The notes below the pieces were generated by a model, which saw only the letters and a program-made list of their open reading frames with translations, searched no databases and had not been told where the DNA came from. Position numbers and translations under genes: made by a program. DNA of 62,065 nucleotides, taken from an uncultured Clostridia bacterium. GTDB taxonomy: Bacteria > Bacillota > Clostridia > Oscillospirales > CAG-272. The first letter of the stretch is position 1, and each line of letters starts with the position of its first letter. This document shows positions 16,918-25,068 of this stretch, one piece after another. Location of the stretch: positions 1-62,065 of the forward strand of contig CAMKAU010000003.1 of the NCBI GenBank assembly GCA_946410595.1. The letters are read 5' to 3'.

Positions 16918-17344
16918 CGGCAAGGAAGGAGAGCGTCTCCTTCATATCGGGCGCCCCGGCCGGGGTGGGGGTAAAGGTGATGGTGGGACGGACAAAATAC
17001 TCCTCCAGCGCGTCGGCAAAGGGGCGGAGCGGGGCGCTCTCCGCCAGCTCCCGCGGACGGGGCAGGGAGGAGAGGGTACGCGCGTCGAGGTGGTCCTCGT
17101 CAAGGATCGTGGCAAAATGCTCGTCGTAGTACCGGCTGCGGATGAAGCTGGAAAAATAGAAGATCGCCTTTCTCGCCGCCTCCATTTCGGCGGAGAGGGC
17201 GGCGTCCTCCCCCGCGGCAAGGTCGGCGGCGGGGATCAGCCCTTTCGCGCGGTAGACCCGCTCTCCGCGGTGGTTGTAGACGCAAAAGGCGAAAGCGGCG
17301 CCGTCCTTTGCCGGTTTTGCGGCGGCGCAAAGACTGTAATTCAT
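16910..17344 (-). CDS. Hypothetical protein (144 aa)
   Basis: GGAGA RBS 8 nt upstream, high GC3, translationally coupled to malQ. No family recognised. Confidence 0.5.
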   Translation of the reverse strand: MNYSLCAAAKPAKDGAAFAFCVYNHRGERVYRAKGLIPAADLAAGEDAALSAEMEAARKAIFYFSSFIRSRYYDEHFATILDEDHLDARTLSSLPRPRELAESAPLRPFADALEEYFVRPTITFTPTPAGAPDMKETLSFLADA

Positions 17345-17478
17345 ACGATCATCTCCTTATCTGTCAGCCGTTTTATTGTAGCACGCTTTTTTCTCTATTG
17401 CAACAGGAGAAGGCGAAAAGACAGCCGGAAACCGTTTTACAAAAAACGGAAAAGACGATATAGAAATGCCTTTCCGTC

Positions 17479-17507
17479 TTGACGGGAAGGGAAAAAACGG
17501 CTATAAT
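17479..17507 (+). promoter_or_regulatory. Sigma-A type promoter TTGACG-17-TATAAT
   Basis: TTGACG at 17479-17484, 17-nt spacer, TATAAT at 17502-17507, about 57 nt upstream of the ATG at 17564. Confidence 0.6.
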
Positions 17508-17563
17508 GAAACCGCAGAGAGATCTGACTTTTTTCGGGAGGTGCGGGCTTTCCCGCAACGGAT

Positions 17564-19018
17564 ATGCAGGAGATCAAATGGCTTTCCCAGGGCGGCTCCG
17601 TCAGCGTGCGCGACGGGGTTTATACGCCGGATACGGAACAGGATACCTATCTTTTTTCGGAGGAAAAGGCGCCCCGTGATTTCTCTTTTTCCTGTGAGGT
17701 AAAGATCAACAAACCGGGCGACTGCGGCGTGCTCTTCCGCGCGCAGGGCAAAAACGGCATCGAGTGGATTGCCGGGTATTATTTTTCCTTCAACGCGGAC
17801 ACGCATACCGTCACGCTCCAGAACGTCAACGGGGGCGATCACTACAAAAACGAGCTCGGCCGGATCACCTGCCCCTTCGAGTACGGCAGGTGGTATACCG
17901 TCAAGGTCTGTATGCAGGACTATAACGCCCGCCTCTGGTTCAACAATTTCGAGTACGAGATCCCGCCGTACTATACCAAGTTCGATCTTCAGCTCAGGCA
18001 TTTCCCCCGCGGGGTGATCGGGCTGCACTTCGGAGAGGGCGTCGCCTCGTTCCGGAACGTCGTGCTCGGGGAGAACACCGAGGTCTTCGATCTCGACCCG
18101 GACAAGTCCTATCAGAACCCGATCATCTACGGCGCCGACCCGGACATCATGTACCACGACGGCACCTATTATCTCTACTATACCGACACGCAGGATATGT
18201 CGCTCTTCCAATGCTATACCTCAAAGGATCTCGTCCACTGGTCGGAGCCGCATATCGTCTTCCACGGCTGCGACGGGTGGGGCAACAACGAGTATATGAG
18301 CCCGAACGTGATCTGCTATAAAGGGCTTTTCTATATGTTCTACGCCTCCCATACCGCGTGGGACGAAAACCATAAGCGCCGCGTCCAGGTCGCTTACGCC
18401 TCCTCGGACTCCCCCCTCGGCCCCTTCAAATCGAAGACCTGCCGGCCGCTGCACACCGATATCCAGGAGATCGGCGGGCATCCCTTCGTCGACGAGGACG
18501 GGCGGGTCTACCTCTCCGTCGTCCGCTTCAACCACGGCAACGAGATCTGGGCGTACGAGATCAAGCTGGAGGACGGCGTCGTTACCCCGGTCGAGGAAAC
18601 GCTCACGCGGCTGATGGTCCCGGACTGCGACTGGGAGCGCGATTACGCGAATATCGTGGAGGGCGCCGTGATTTTCCGGCACAACGGCCTTTACTACACG
18701 GTCTACGCCGGCAGCCACTATAAGGGCAGCTACGCGGAGGGTCTCGCGTGGGCAAAAAATCCTCTCGGCCCCTACACCAAGTACGAGTATAATCCCATCC
18801 TGCGGAAAACGGCGTTCACCCGCGGAACGGGGGACAGCGTCTACGTCCGCAACGCAAAAGGCGAATACATCATGTTCTACCATCAGCATTTCAGCGTCAC
18901 GGAGATCTCGCCCCGCCAGATCTGTATGGACCGGATGAAGTTCGTCAAACGGGACGGCGGCCCGGACGTTCTGATCGTCAACGGTCCCACGGCGACCCCG
19001 CAGCCCGGTCTTGCGTAA
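17564..19018 (+). CDS. Cytoplasmic LamG/DUF1080-like plus GH43-family glycoside hydrolase (484 aa, no signal peptide)
   Basis: N-terminus FSFSCEVKINKPGDCGVLFRAQG...YYFSFNADTHTVTLQ. GH43 motifs NPIIYGADPDIMYHDGTYYLYYT, FVDEDGRVYL, VEGAVIFRHNGLYYTVYA and ICMDRMKF...GPTATPQP. The start lacks a good SD. Confidence 0.85.
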   Translation: MQEIKWLSQGGSVSVRDGVYTPDTEQDTYLFSEEKAPRDFSFSCEVKINKPGDCGVLFRAQGKNGIEWIAGYYFSFNADTHTVTLQNVNGGDHYKNELGRITCPFEYGRWYTVKVCMQDYNARLWFNNFEYEIPPYYTKFDLQLRHFPRGVIGLHFGEGVASFRNVVLGENTEVFDLDPDKSYQNPIIYGADPDIMYHDGTYYLYYTDTQDMSLFQCYTSKDLVHWSEPHIVFHGCDGWGNNEYMSPNVICYKGLFYMFYASHTAWDENHKRRVQVAYASSDSPLGPFKSKTCRPLHTDIQEIGGHPFVDEDGRVYLSVVRFNHGNEIWAYEIKLEDGVVTPVEETLTRLMVPDCDWERDYANIVEGAVIFRHNGLYYTVYAGSHYKGSYAEGLAWAKNPLGPYTKYEYNPILRKTAFTRGTGDSVYVRNAKGEYIMFYHQHFSVTEISPRQICMDRMKFVKRDGGPDVLIVNGPTATPQPGLA

Positions 19019-19024
19019 CAAAGA

Positions 19025-19060
19025 GGCGGTATGACGGTTTTTCCGCCATACCGCCGTTTT
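19025..19060 (+). terminator. Hairpin plus T-run between the two GH43 genes
   Basis: GGCGGTATG ... CATACCGCC with an inner 3-bp extension, followed by GTTTT. It ends 1 nt before the GGAGG RBS of the next gene. Confidence 0.5.
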
Positions 19061-19070
19061 GGAGGATACC

Positions 19071-21929
19071 ATGAAAAAGATCCTGACCTTTCTCGCGCTT
19101 TTTTTGACCTTTCTGATCCTTTGCCCGGCGGCGGTTTTCGCAGCTGAAGGCAAGGAGAACGTGATCTTCCTGTCCGACGGCGGTGGGGACGCGCTCGACG
19201 GGAGCGCCCCCGGCCGCGCGATGAAAAGCATCAAGGACGCGGTCCGCCGGCTTTACTCCGGCGGGACGCTCGTGATCTGCGGCCCCGTGAGCGTCGCGGA
19301 GTCCGTTTCGCTGCCGGAGAACGTCGGGCGGATCACGATCACCTCGGTCTACGGCGGGGTGGACTACCGCGAAAAGGAGGGGGCGGCGCTGATCCTCTCC
19401 AAAAACCTGCAGATCGAAGGGCCGACCGTCTTCCGGGACCTTGAGATCCGGACGAAGGATAAAAACCTCGTTCTCGTCTGCAACGGGAGCCGCGCGGTTT
19501 TCGATACCGGCATCACCTGCAAGGCGGACGGGGCGAACGCCACGCTGCCCTCCATCACGGGCAGCGGCTGCACCAACTACGCCTTCGGCGGCGCCGCGCT
19601 GACGGTGAACAGCGGCTCCTGGCTGCGTCTGCGCGGCGGAAACCGCTCCACGGGCGAGGTGCGCGGAGATACCTATATCGAGATCAACGGCGGCAGCTTT
19701 TCCTCCCTCGTCGAGGGAGGGGGAGAGACCGCTCAGACCGGCAGTATCTATATGCTGATCACCGGCGGGACCTTCAGCGGCGGCGTTTACGGAGCCACGG
19801 GCAAGCCCGTGAACGGCAGCGTAACGATCGCCGTGACCGGCGGTACCTTCAAGAGCGTTACCGTTTCCGCCGGCGGCCAGATCGGCGGGTCCGCCTCGCT
19901 TTCCGTTCTGTCGCCGGTCAGCGCCGCCTTCAAAGGAACGCAGAACCTGGCGGCGGGCGGCTCGGTCGCAACCTTCTCCGAAAAACCGAAAAGCGGCGTC
20001 AGCGGCTTTACGGACGTAAAGACCTACGCGTCGGCGGAGGAAGCCGAGGCGGAGCTGGAAGCGCTCCGCGGGCTCTTTAACGCGCGGTTTGCCGAATGGG
20101 ACGCCGCGGAGGAGGCGTTTCACGCCGAGGTGCGGGAACGCGCCGCGCTCCGGAAGACCGCGACCCTTTCGCTTGAAAAAACGTCCGCTGCGGCGGACGG
20201 GCAGGTGGACGGCGCCGTTCCCGCGTACGCCGTCTGGAGCCTCCCGCTTTTGCTGATCGGCGGGATCCTCGCCGCGCTCGCCCTCTTTCTCTTTCTCAAA
20301 AAGCTCCCGGTCCCCGGGGCGGTCGCCGCCGCGCTCGCCCTTGCCGCTCTCGCGCTCGCGCTCGTTTTCAACGCGAAAACGGGCGGAGGCGACGGAGAGC
20401 GCCGCGGCGCTCTGACAACAGAGACCGGCGGAGAAAGCGCCGGCGGGGAAGCGGGGAAAAACGGGGAGGTCTTCTGGGATCTCTACGGCTCCGTCACGGC
20501 GGATCCGGCGGCCGGACTTCTGTCCGCTTCCGCTCCCGCCGCCGTTTTCCTTGACGCGGACGAAACGGAGAATATCCGCGCCGAGAGCGTTCTCACCCTT
20601 TCCGAGGGCGGCAAGGCGGGGCTTTACTTCAACGTCACGCCCGGCAAAGCGGAGGAAGGACTGTTCCCGAAGGGGTATTACCTTGAGATCGACGAGGCGG
20701 CGGACCGCGTCACGCTCTACACGCAGGAGGGGACGACCCTCGTCCCGTTCGGGACAAGATACTGCAAAACAGAAGCGGGCGCCGCGATCCCCGTCGTCTT
20801 CGAGGCGTACACCCGTTATCTCGCCGTCTACGTCAACGAAAACCCGCTTGACGAGGATCCCTACCCCAAGTTCGAGCTCAACGCCGGCGAGTTCAAAAAG
20901 GGCACGTTCGGCTACTCTCTCTCCGCGGGTACGACCTTTACCTATCCCGTCCTCTCCGCCTTCGACGGCGCGCGCTATCAGGGCGAGACCTATAAAAATC
21001 CCGTCGTGACCGATCTGACCGACCCGGATATTTTCTACTGGGAGGGGACCTATTACCTGTACGGCGCGGGCTCCAAGTATCTGCGCTGCTATACCTCGAC
21101 GGACGGGAAGACCTGGACCGACGCCGGTATGGTGATGGATCCGAAGGACGTCTGGGGGGAAAAGAACTTCCGCGCCTCCAATATCCTGTATCGCGACGGA
21201 TATTTCTACATGTTTTATATGGCAACGCCCGCGAGCGGGAAGGACGTTACCTCTTACGCGACGGCGAAAAGCCCGCTCGGGCCGTTCACCTCGGTAAAAA
21301 AGCAGCCGCTGGATCCAAACGTCGAGCAGATCGGCGGCCAGCCCTTCGTCGACGACGACGGCCGGATCTGGCTGACCGTCGTGCGCTCCGGGCCGGGCAA
21401 CGTCCTCTACCTGCTTGAGATCGAGTGCCGGGACGGCGAGGTAACGGTCAAAGACGGCAGTCTGACCAAGCTGATCCAGCCGGACGAGCGCTGGGAAAAC
21501 TGCATCGCGCCCGTGACCGAGTGCGGATATATCTACAAGCACGGCGGCTACTACTATCTCATCTACGCCGGCGGCAACTACAATTCCGCTTACGGCGCGG
21601 GCTACGCCGTCGCGGAGAAGGTAACGGGGCCCTACGTCCGCTGCGAGGGCAACCCGATCCTCTATTCCACCGCCCAGGCGTACGGCAACGGCGCCGTCTC
21701 GATCTTCCCCTCGCCGGACGGCAGCGAGCTGTTCGTGACCTATCTGCGCCACAGCGCCGTCACCTCCGTCCGCCCCCTCAACACCTGCATCGACCGGATC
21801 AAGTTCGTCCCCAATCCCGCGGGCGGCGCGGATCTGCTCTGCATCTGCGGCCCGACCGTGACGCCCCAGCCCCTGCCGTCCGCTTCGGGGACGGGAACGC
21901 CGTCGGAAACGCAGCGCTTCTTCCATTGA
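19071..21929 (+). CDS. Secreted beta-helix / internal TM pair / GH43 protein (952 aa)
   Basis: GGAGG RBS 5 nt before the ATG at 19071; the track start at 19059 is a TTG. Signal peptide MKKILTFLALFLTFLILCPAAVFA. Beta-helix with GG(T/S)F turns. Two hydrophobic segments at about 20230-20375. GH43 motifs NPVVTDLTDPDIFYWEGTYYLYGA, FVDDDGRIWL, TECGYIYKHGGYYYLIYA and CIDRIKF...GPTVTPQP. Confidence 0.85.
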   Translation: MKKILTFLALFLTFLILCPAAVFAAEGKENVIFLSDGGGDALDGSAPGRAMKSIKDAVRRLYSGGTLVICGPVSVAESVSLPENVGRITITSVYGGVDYREKEGAALILSKNLQIEGPTVFRDLEIRTKDKNLVLVCNGSRAVFDTGITCKADGANATLPSITGSGCTNYAFGGAALTVNSGSWLRLRGGNRSTGEVRGDTYIEINGGSFSSLVEGGGETAQTGSIYMLITGGTFSGGVYGATGKPVNGSVTIAVTGGTFKSVTVSAGGQIGGSASLSVLSPVSAAFKGTQNLAAGGSVATFSEKPKSGVSGFTDVKTYASAEEAEAELEALRGLFNARFAEWDAAEEAFHAEVRERAALRKTATLSLEKTSAAADGQVDGAVPAYAVWSLPLLLIGGILAALALFLFLKKLPVPGAVAAALALAALALALVFNAKTGGGDGERRGALTTETGGESAGGEAGKNGEVFWDLYGSVTADPAAGLLSASAPAAVFLDADETENIRAESVLTLSEGGKAGLYFNVTPGKAEEGLFPKGYYLEIDEAADRVTLYTQEGTTLVPFGTRYCKTEAGAAIPVVFEAYTRYLAVYVNENPLDEDPYPKFELNAGEFKKGTFGYSLSAGTTFTYPVLSAFDGARYQGETYKNPVVTDLTDPDIFYWEGTYYLYGAGSKYLRCYTSTDGKTWTDAGMVMDPKDVWGEKNFRASNILYRDGYFYMFYMATPASGKDVTSYATAKSPLGPFTSVKKQPLDPNVEQIGGQPFVDDDGRIWLTVVRSGPGNVLYLLEIECRDGEVTVKDGSLTKLIQPDERWENCIAPVTECGYIYKHGGYYYLIYAGGNYNSAYGAGYAVAEKVTGPYVRCEGNPILYSTAQAYGNGAVSIFPSPDGSELFVTYLRHSAVTSVRPLNTCIDRIKFVPNPAGGADLLCICGPTVTPQPLPSASGTGTPSETQRFFH

Positions 21930-21993
21930 ATCGCGCGGCGGCCGGACGCGTCCGTTCTGCGGAAAATAAAAAGGGAAAAAATACAAAAAACTG

Positions 21994-22022
21994 TTGACAA
22001 TCCCGATGCGTTGTGATACCTT
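21994..22022 (+). promoter_or_regulatory. Putative promoter TTGACA-17-TACCTT, sharing TTGTGATA with the paralogue's promoter
   Basis: TTGACA at 21994-21999 and TACCTT at 22017-22022, preceded by TGA (extended -10-like). Confidence 0.4.
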
Positions 22023-22061
22023 TATAGACAAGAAACTGTTTATTGGTAAAAGGAGCATAAT

Positions 22062-22634
22062 ATGAAAAAGATTATTTGCTTTGTTTTTGCTGTCGCTATG
22101 GTGATGACCCTCGCGGTTTCCGCTTTCGCGATTGAGCCCGATACGGCCGCGAACGCCCAGGAGATCAAAACCTTCCTTGCCGAGCTTACCACGAAGTTCC
22201 CCGCTCTCGGCTTCAAGGAAGCGGATCTGAACGCTGCCAACAACTACATTGACAGCTACAGCAGCAAGAACCCCATCACCGCGGCGCAGGTTACGACGAT
22301 CAAGACCGCTCTCAACGAGGGTGTTGCGATCTACAACGCAAACAACAAGGAAGAGACCAACCTGAGCAACCTTCCCGCGAACGTGAAGACCGCCATTCTG
22401 GCCAAGGCGAACGAGGCCGTCAGCGTCCTCGGGCTGAGCGTCAGCACCAAGAACGGGACCGTCAAGTTCGTGCGCATCTCTGACGGCGAAGAAGTTTACT
22501 CCACTTCCGCCACGCTCGTGAAGTCCACCGGCGCCGAGTCCGGCGTTCTTCCGATGGTCATCACCTGCTCTGCCGCCGCCGTTCTCCTTGTGGGCGCTTA
22601 TCTGATCACCCGCAAGCTCGGCGCCAAGGCTTGA
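22062..22634 (+). CDS. Small secreted helical surface protein with a C-terminal sorting-signal-like tail (LVKSTG + TM + basic tail). Paralogue of 40652..41281.
   Basis: AAAGGAG RBS. Signal peptide MKKIICFVFAVAMVMTLAVSAFA. C-terminus TLVKSTGAESGVLPMVITCSAAAVLLVGAYLITRKLGAKA. Sits directly upstream of a sortase gene. Confidence 0.8.
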   Translation: MKKIICFVFAVAMVMTLAVSAFAIEPDTAANAQEIKTFLAELTTKFPALGFKEADLNAANNYIDSYSSKNPITAAQVTTIKTALNEGVAIYNANNKEETNLSNLPANVKTAILAKANEAVSVLGLSVSTKNGTVKFVRISDGEEVYSTSATLVKSTGAESGVLPMVITCSAAAVLLVGAYLITRKLGAKA

Positions 22635-23434
22635 GACCGGCACGGGACAATAGAAAAAACGGTCGGGCGTTATTATTCTATATAATAACGCCCGTCCTTT
22701 TTGCTATTGTCGTTTCCGCGGTCCTTTGTTTCTCCCTCTCGCCCTTTCTGACCACGGTTTCCTCCGCCCTGGACATTCTCGCGCGGGACGTTTCCGGCCG
22801 CGAGGGGGTGCAGATCAACGACCTGACCGTCGATCCGGTCCTGCCCGCGGAGGAGACGGCGCCGCAGGGGACGGGAGAGGACGATCCCCCCGCTCCCGCC
22901 GAGACCGGCGGGGAAGCGCCGGTAACGGCGGAGCCGGATCCCTCCGGCGCCGTTCTCCCCAACACGCCAAACGCCCCCAGCTCCTATATCCGCTTCGGGA
23001 CCTTTACCTTTCCCGCGATCAACGACAAGTTCGGCTGGATCCGGGTGGAGAACACCGCGATCAACTGCGCGCTTTATATGGGGGACAGCCGGCCGCTGCT
23101 TAATCTCGGCGCCTGCGTTTCCCCCTATTCCCGTATTCCGGGCGATTCGGGCACCACGCTGATCGGCGGACACGCCACGGCGTATTTCCACACGCTCGGC
23201 AACGCCTATATCGGCGACCGCGTCTATATCACGACCAACTACGGCAGTTACGTTTACGAGATCACCGGCTCGGTGATCAGCGATTACTGGGATACGAGCG
23301 TCTTCGATCTCGGCGCGGATGAGGAGAGTCTCGTTCTCTATACCTGCTATCCGTTCAGCACGCTGATCGCGGTCAACAAGCGTTATTACGTCTATTGCCG
23401 CTATCTTTCCGGCCCGATCATCCGGAGGGACTGA
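22631..23434 (+). CDS. Sortase-family transpeptidase (267 aa, class undetermined)
   Basis: Basic N-terminus plus TM anchor (RPARDNRKNGRALLFYIITPVLFAIVVSAVLCF). Pro/Glu-rich linker. Catalytic-type motifs TLIGGH (His), LVLYTCYP (Cys) and KRYYVYCRY (Arg). The TTG start overlaps the upstream TGA (cTTGA). Confidence 0.75.
   Translation: MRPARDNRKNGRALLFYIITPVLFAIVVSAVLCFSLSPFLTTVSSALDILARDVSGREGVQINDLTVDPVLPAEETAPQGTGEDDPPAPAETGGEAPVTAEPDPSGAVLPNTPNAPSSYIRFGTFTFPAINDKFGWIRVENTAINCALYMGDSRPLLNLGACVSPYSRIPGDSGTTLIGGHATAYFHTLGNAYIGDRVYITTNYGSYVYEITGSVISDYWDTSVFDLGADEESLVLYTCYPFSTLIAVNKRYYVYCRYLSGPIIRRD
22664..22702 (+). terminator. Intrinsic terminator-like hairpin located inside the 5' end of the sortase ORF
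   Basis: A 13-bp perfect stem CGGGCGTTATTAT tctat ATAATAACGCCCG followed by TCCTTTTT. The stem is unusually AT-rich for this genome. Confidence 0.6.
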
Positions 23435-23435
23435 C

Positions 23436-24377
23436 ATGAAAAATGCAAAGCTGATCGGAAACGCGATCAACGTCCTCGTGGCGATGATCCTTACGGCGGC
23501 TCTCTTTTCGGGCGCGCTGTTTTTGTCCTGCCTGCTCACCGCCTGCCGCTATCCGTATATGCGCTCGGCGATGGAGGCGACGCGTGTGCCGGAGGAAAAA
23601 CTCGCCGATTTCCGCGAAGAACTCAAAGAGGAAATGCTCAACTCCGGCGTGGACGACGCGTTTATCGAGTCGATCCTTCCGGCGGATCCCGCAGGCGACT
23701 TTTTCGCCGTTCTGGCGGAGATCTACGGGGAGGAGCCGGCGGAAAGCTCGCTCTCGGACGGCCGTTATCACGACCTCGTGTATCGCGCCGTTGAAGCAAA
23801 AGTCAAAGAACAGATCGCCGACCTCGGCGTGGAGGACGGAGAGTCCTTTTACGACGAGGAAACGCTGACCGCCGTTGCGGATACGGTCGTCCGGCTTTAT
23901 CAGTCCACTCTGAAGATCCCGGGGGCGGTGATGCTTTCCTATTATCTGGAGCGCGTCCGCTTTCTCTCCGCCGTAACGCTCGCCTTTTCCGTGCTGATCG
24001 GGGGAGCGTCCTTTCTGATCCTTGTCAGCGGAGGGAAAAAGGAAGGGGCGGCGTTCCGCTACGCGTCGGTGTCCGCCTTTGCCGCGGCGCTGATCTTTCT
24101 GGCCGCGTTCCTCTTTTTCCGCTTCAGCGGCTATATCGAGGGATTTCTGACGCAGACCGGAGGGGACTACGCCATCCTCCTTGCGATCAGAAAAACCGCC
24201 GCAGACGTCACGGGACGTTCGGCGGCGGCTCTGGGCGCGCTCGGGGTTATTTTCCTCGGGATCCGTCTGTTTGCTCTCCGTCCTTCCGACCGGATTGCGG
24301 AAGAGGCCTGGCGGATGTACGAAACGAGAGATAACACAGCGTTCCGCCGCACGGGAGGCCGCAGCAGCAGACGCTGA
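23436..24377 (+). CDS. Hypothetical polytopic membrane protein (313 aa) co-transcribed with the sortase
   Basis: ATG lies 1 nt after the sortase stop. One N-terminal TM, an acidic soluble region, then 3-4 C-terminal TMs. No family recognised. Confidence 0.6.
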   Translation: MKNAKLIGNAINVLVAMILTAALFSGALFLSCLLTACRYPYMRSAMEATRVPEEKLADFREELKEEMLNSGVDDAFIESILPADPAGDFFAVLAEIYGEEPAESSLSDGRYHDLVYRAVEAKVKEQIADLGVEDGESFYDEETLTAVADTVVRLYQSTLKIPGAVMLSYYLERVRFLSAVTLAFSVLIGGASFLILVSGGKKEGAAFRYASVSAFAAALIFLAAFLFFRFSGYIEGFLTQTGGDYAILLAIRKTAADVTGRSAAALGALGVIFLGIRLFALRPSDRIAEEAWRMYETRDNTAFRRTGGRSSRR

Positions 24378-25068
24378 AGAGGATCCACAGCGTATCCGCG
24401 CTCACGGGGCAGTCTTCCGCCATCCGTTCCAGCGCGGACATATCCGTAAACGTCAAGAGAACAGAACCGATCGCGTATACCGCGGCCGCTGCCGTCGAAA
24501 ACAGGACGAGCATCACGCAGGTACGGGAAAGGTTCTTTCTTTTTTTCAGCCGTTTTCCGCAGAGAACGGAAAGGGCGAGGAGAAAAAAGAGAACGAGGCA
24601 GGAAAGATAAGAAGAAAGAAAGATCAGCGTAACCACGTTGAAAAATTCGGCAAAAAAGGCGAGCGCCTCTTTGAGCGCCGGCGGCGCGGCAAAAAGCAGA
24701 CCCGCGATCACGGGGAGAAGGAACGCCGCGGCGTGGAGGAGAAAGAGGGAGAAAAGAAAGGAAAGGACGATCCCGCCGAGCGTTTTTTGCGAGAGCCCGT
24801 CCTGCGCGCGGGGAAAAGCGCGGTAAAGAAGAGAGAGGTGCAAAGCAAACAGCCCGACCAGAGCGGAGAAAAGGAGCACGCCCTCGAGAAGAAAAAAGAC
24901 GGCGTTCTCTTTTTCCGCGGGGAGGAAAAGGGAGGAGAGCAGAACGAGCGCCAGCGCGGCTGGGGGGAGAAGCAGGAAGCGGGCCGCCCGCTCAAAGCAG
25001 AAAGAAAAAACGGAGGAAAGCCGGTCCTTTGCGGAGGAACGCGAGACGGTTTCGATCGTGCGCTTCAT
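24247..25068 (-). CDS. Hypothetical polytopic membrane protein (273 aa), translationally coupled to rsmI
   Basis: The ATG at 25068 overlaps the rsmI stop (ATGA). Multiple hydrophobic helices. The 3' end overlaps the convergent CDS 23436..24377 by 131 nt. Confidence 0.6.
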   Translation of the reverse strand: MKRTIETVSRSSAKDRLSSVFSFCFERAARFLLLPPAALALVLLSSLFLPAEKENAVFFLLEGVLLFSALVGLFALHLSLLYRAFPRAQDGLSQKTLGGIVLSFLFSLFLLHAAAFLLPVIAGLLFAAPPALKEALAFFAEFFNVVTLIFLSSYLSCLVLFFLLALSVLCGKRLKKRKNLSRTCVMLVLFSTAAAAVYAIGSVLLTFTDMSALERMAEDCPVSADTLWILFSVCCCGLPCGGTLCYLSFRTSARPLPQSGRKDGEQTDGSRGK

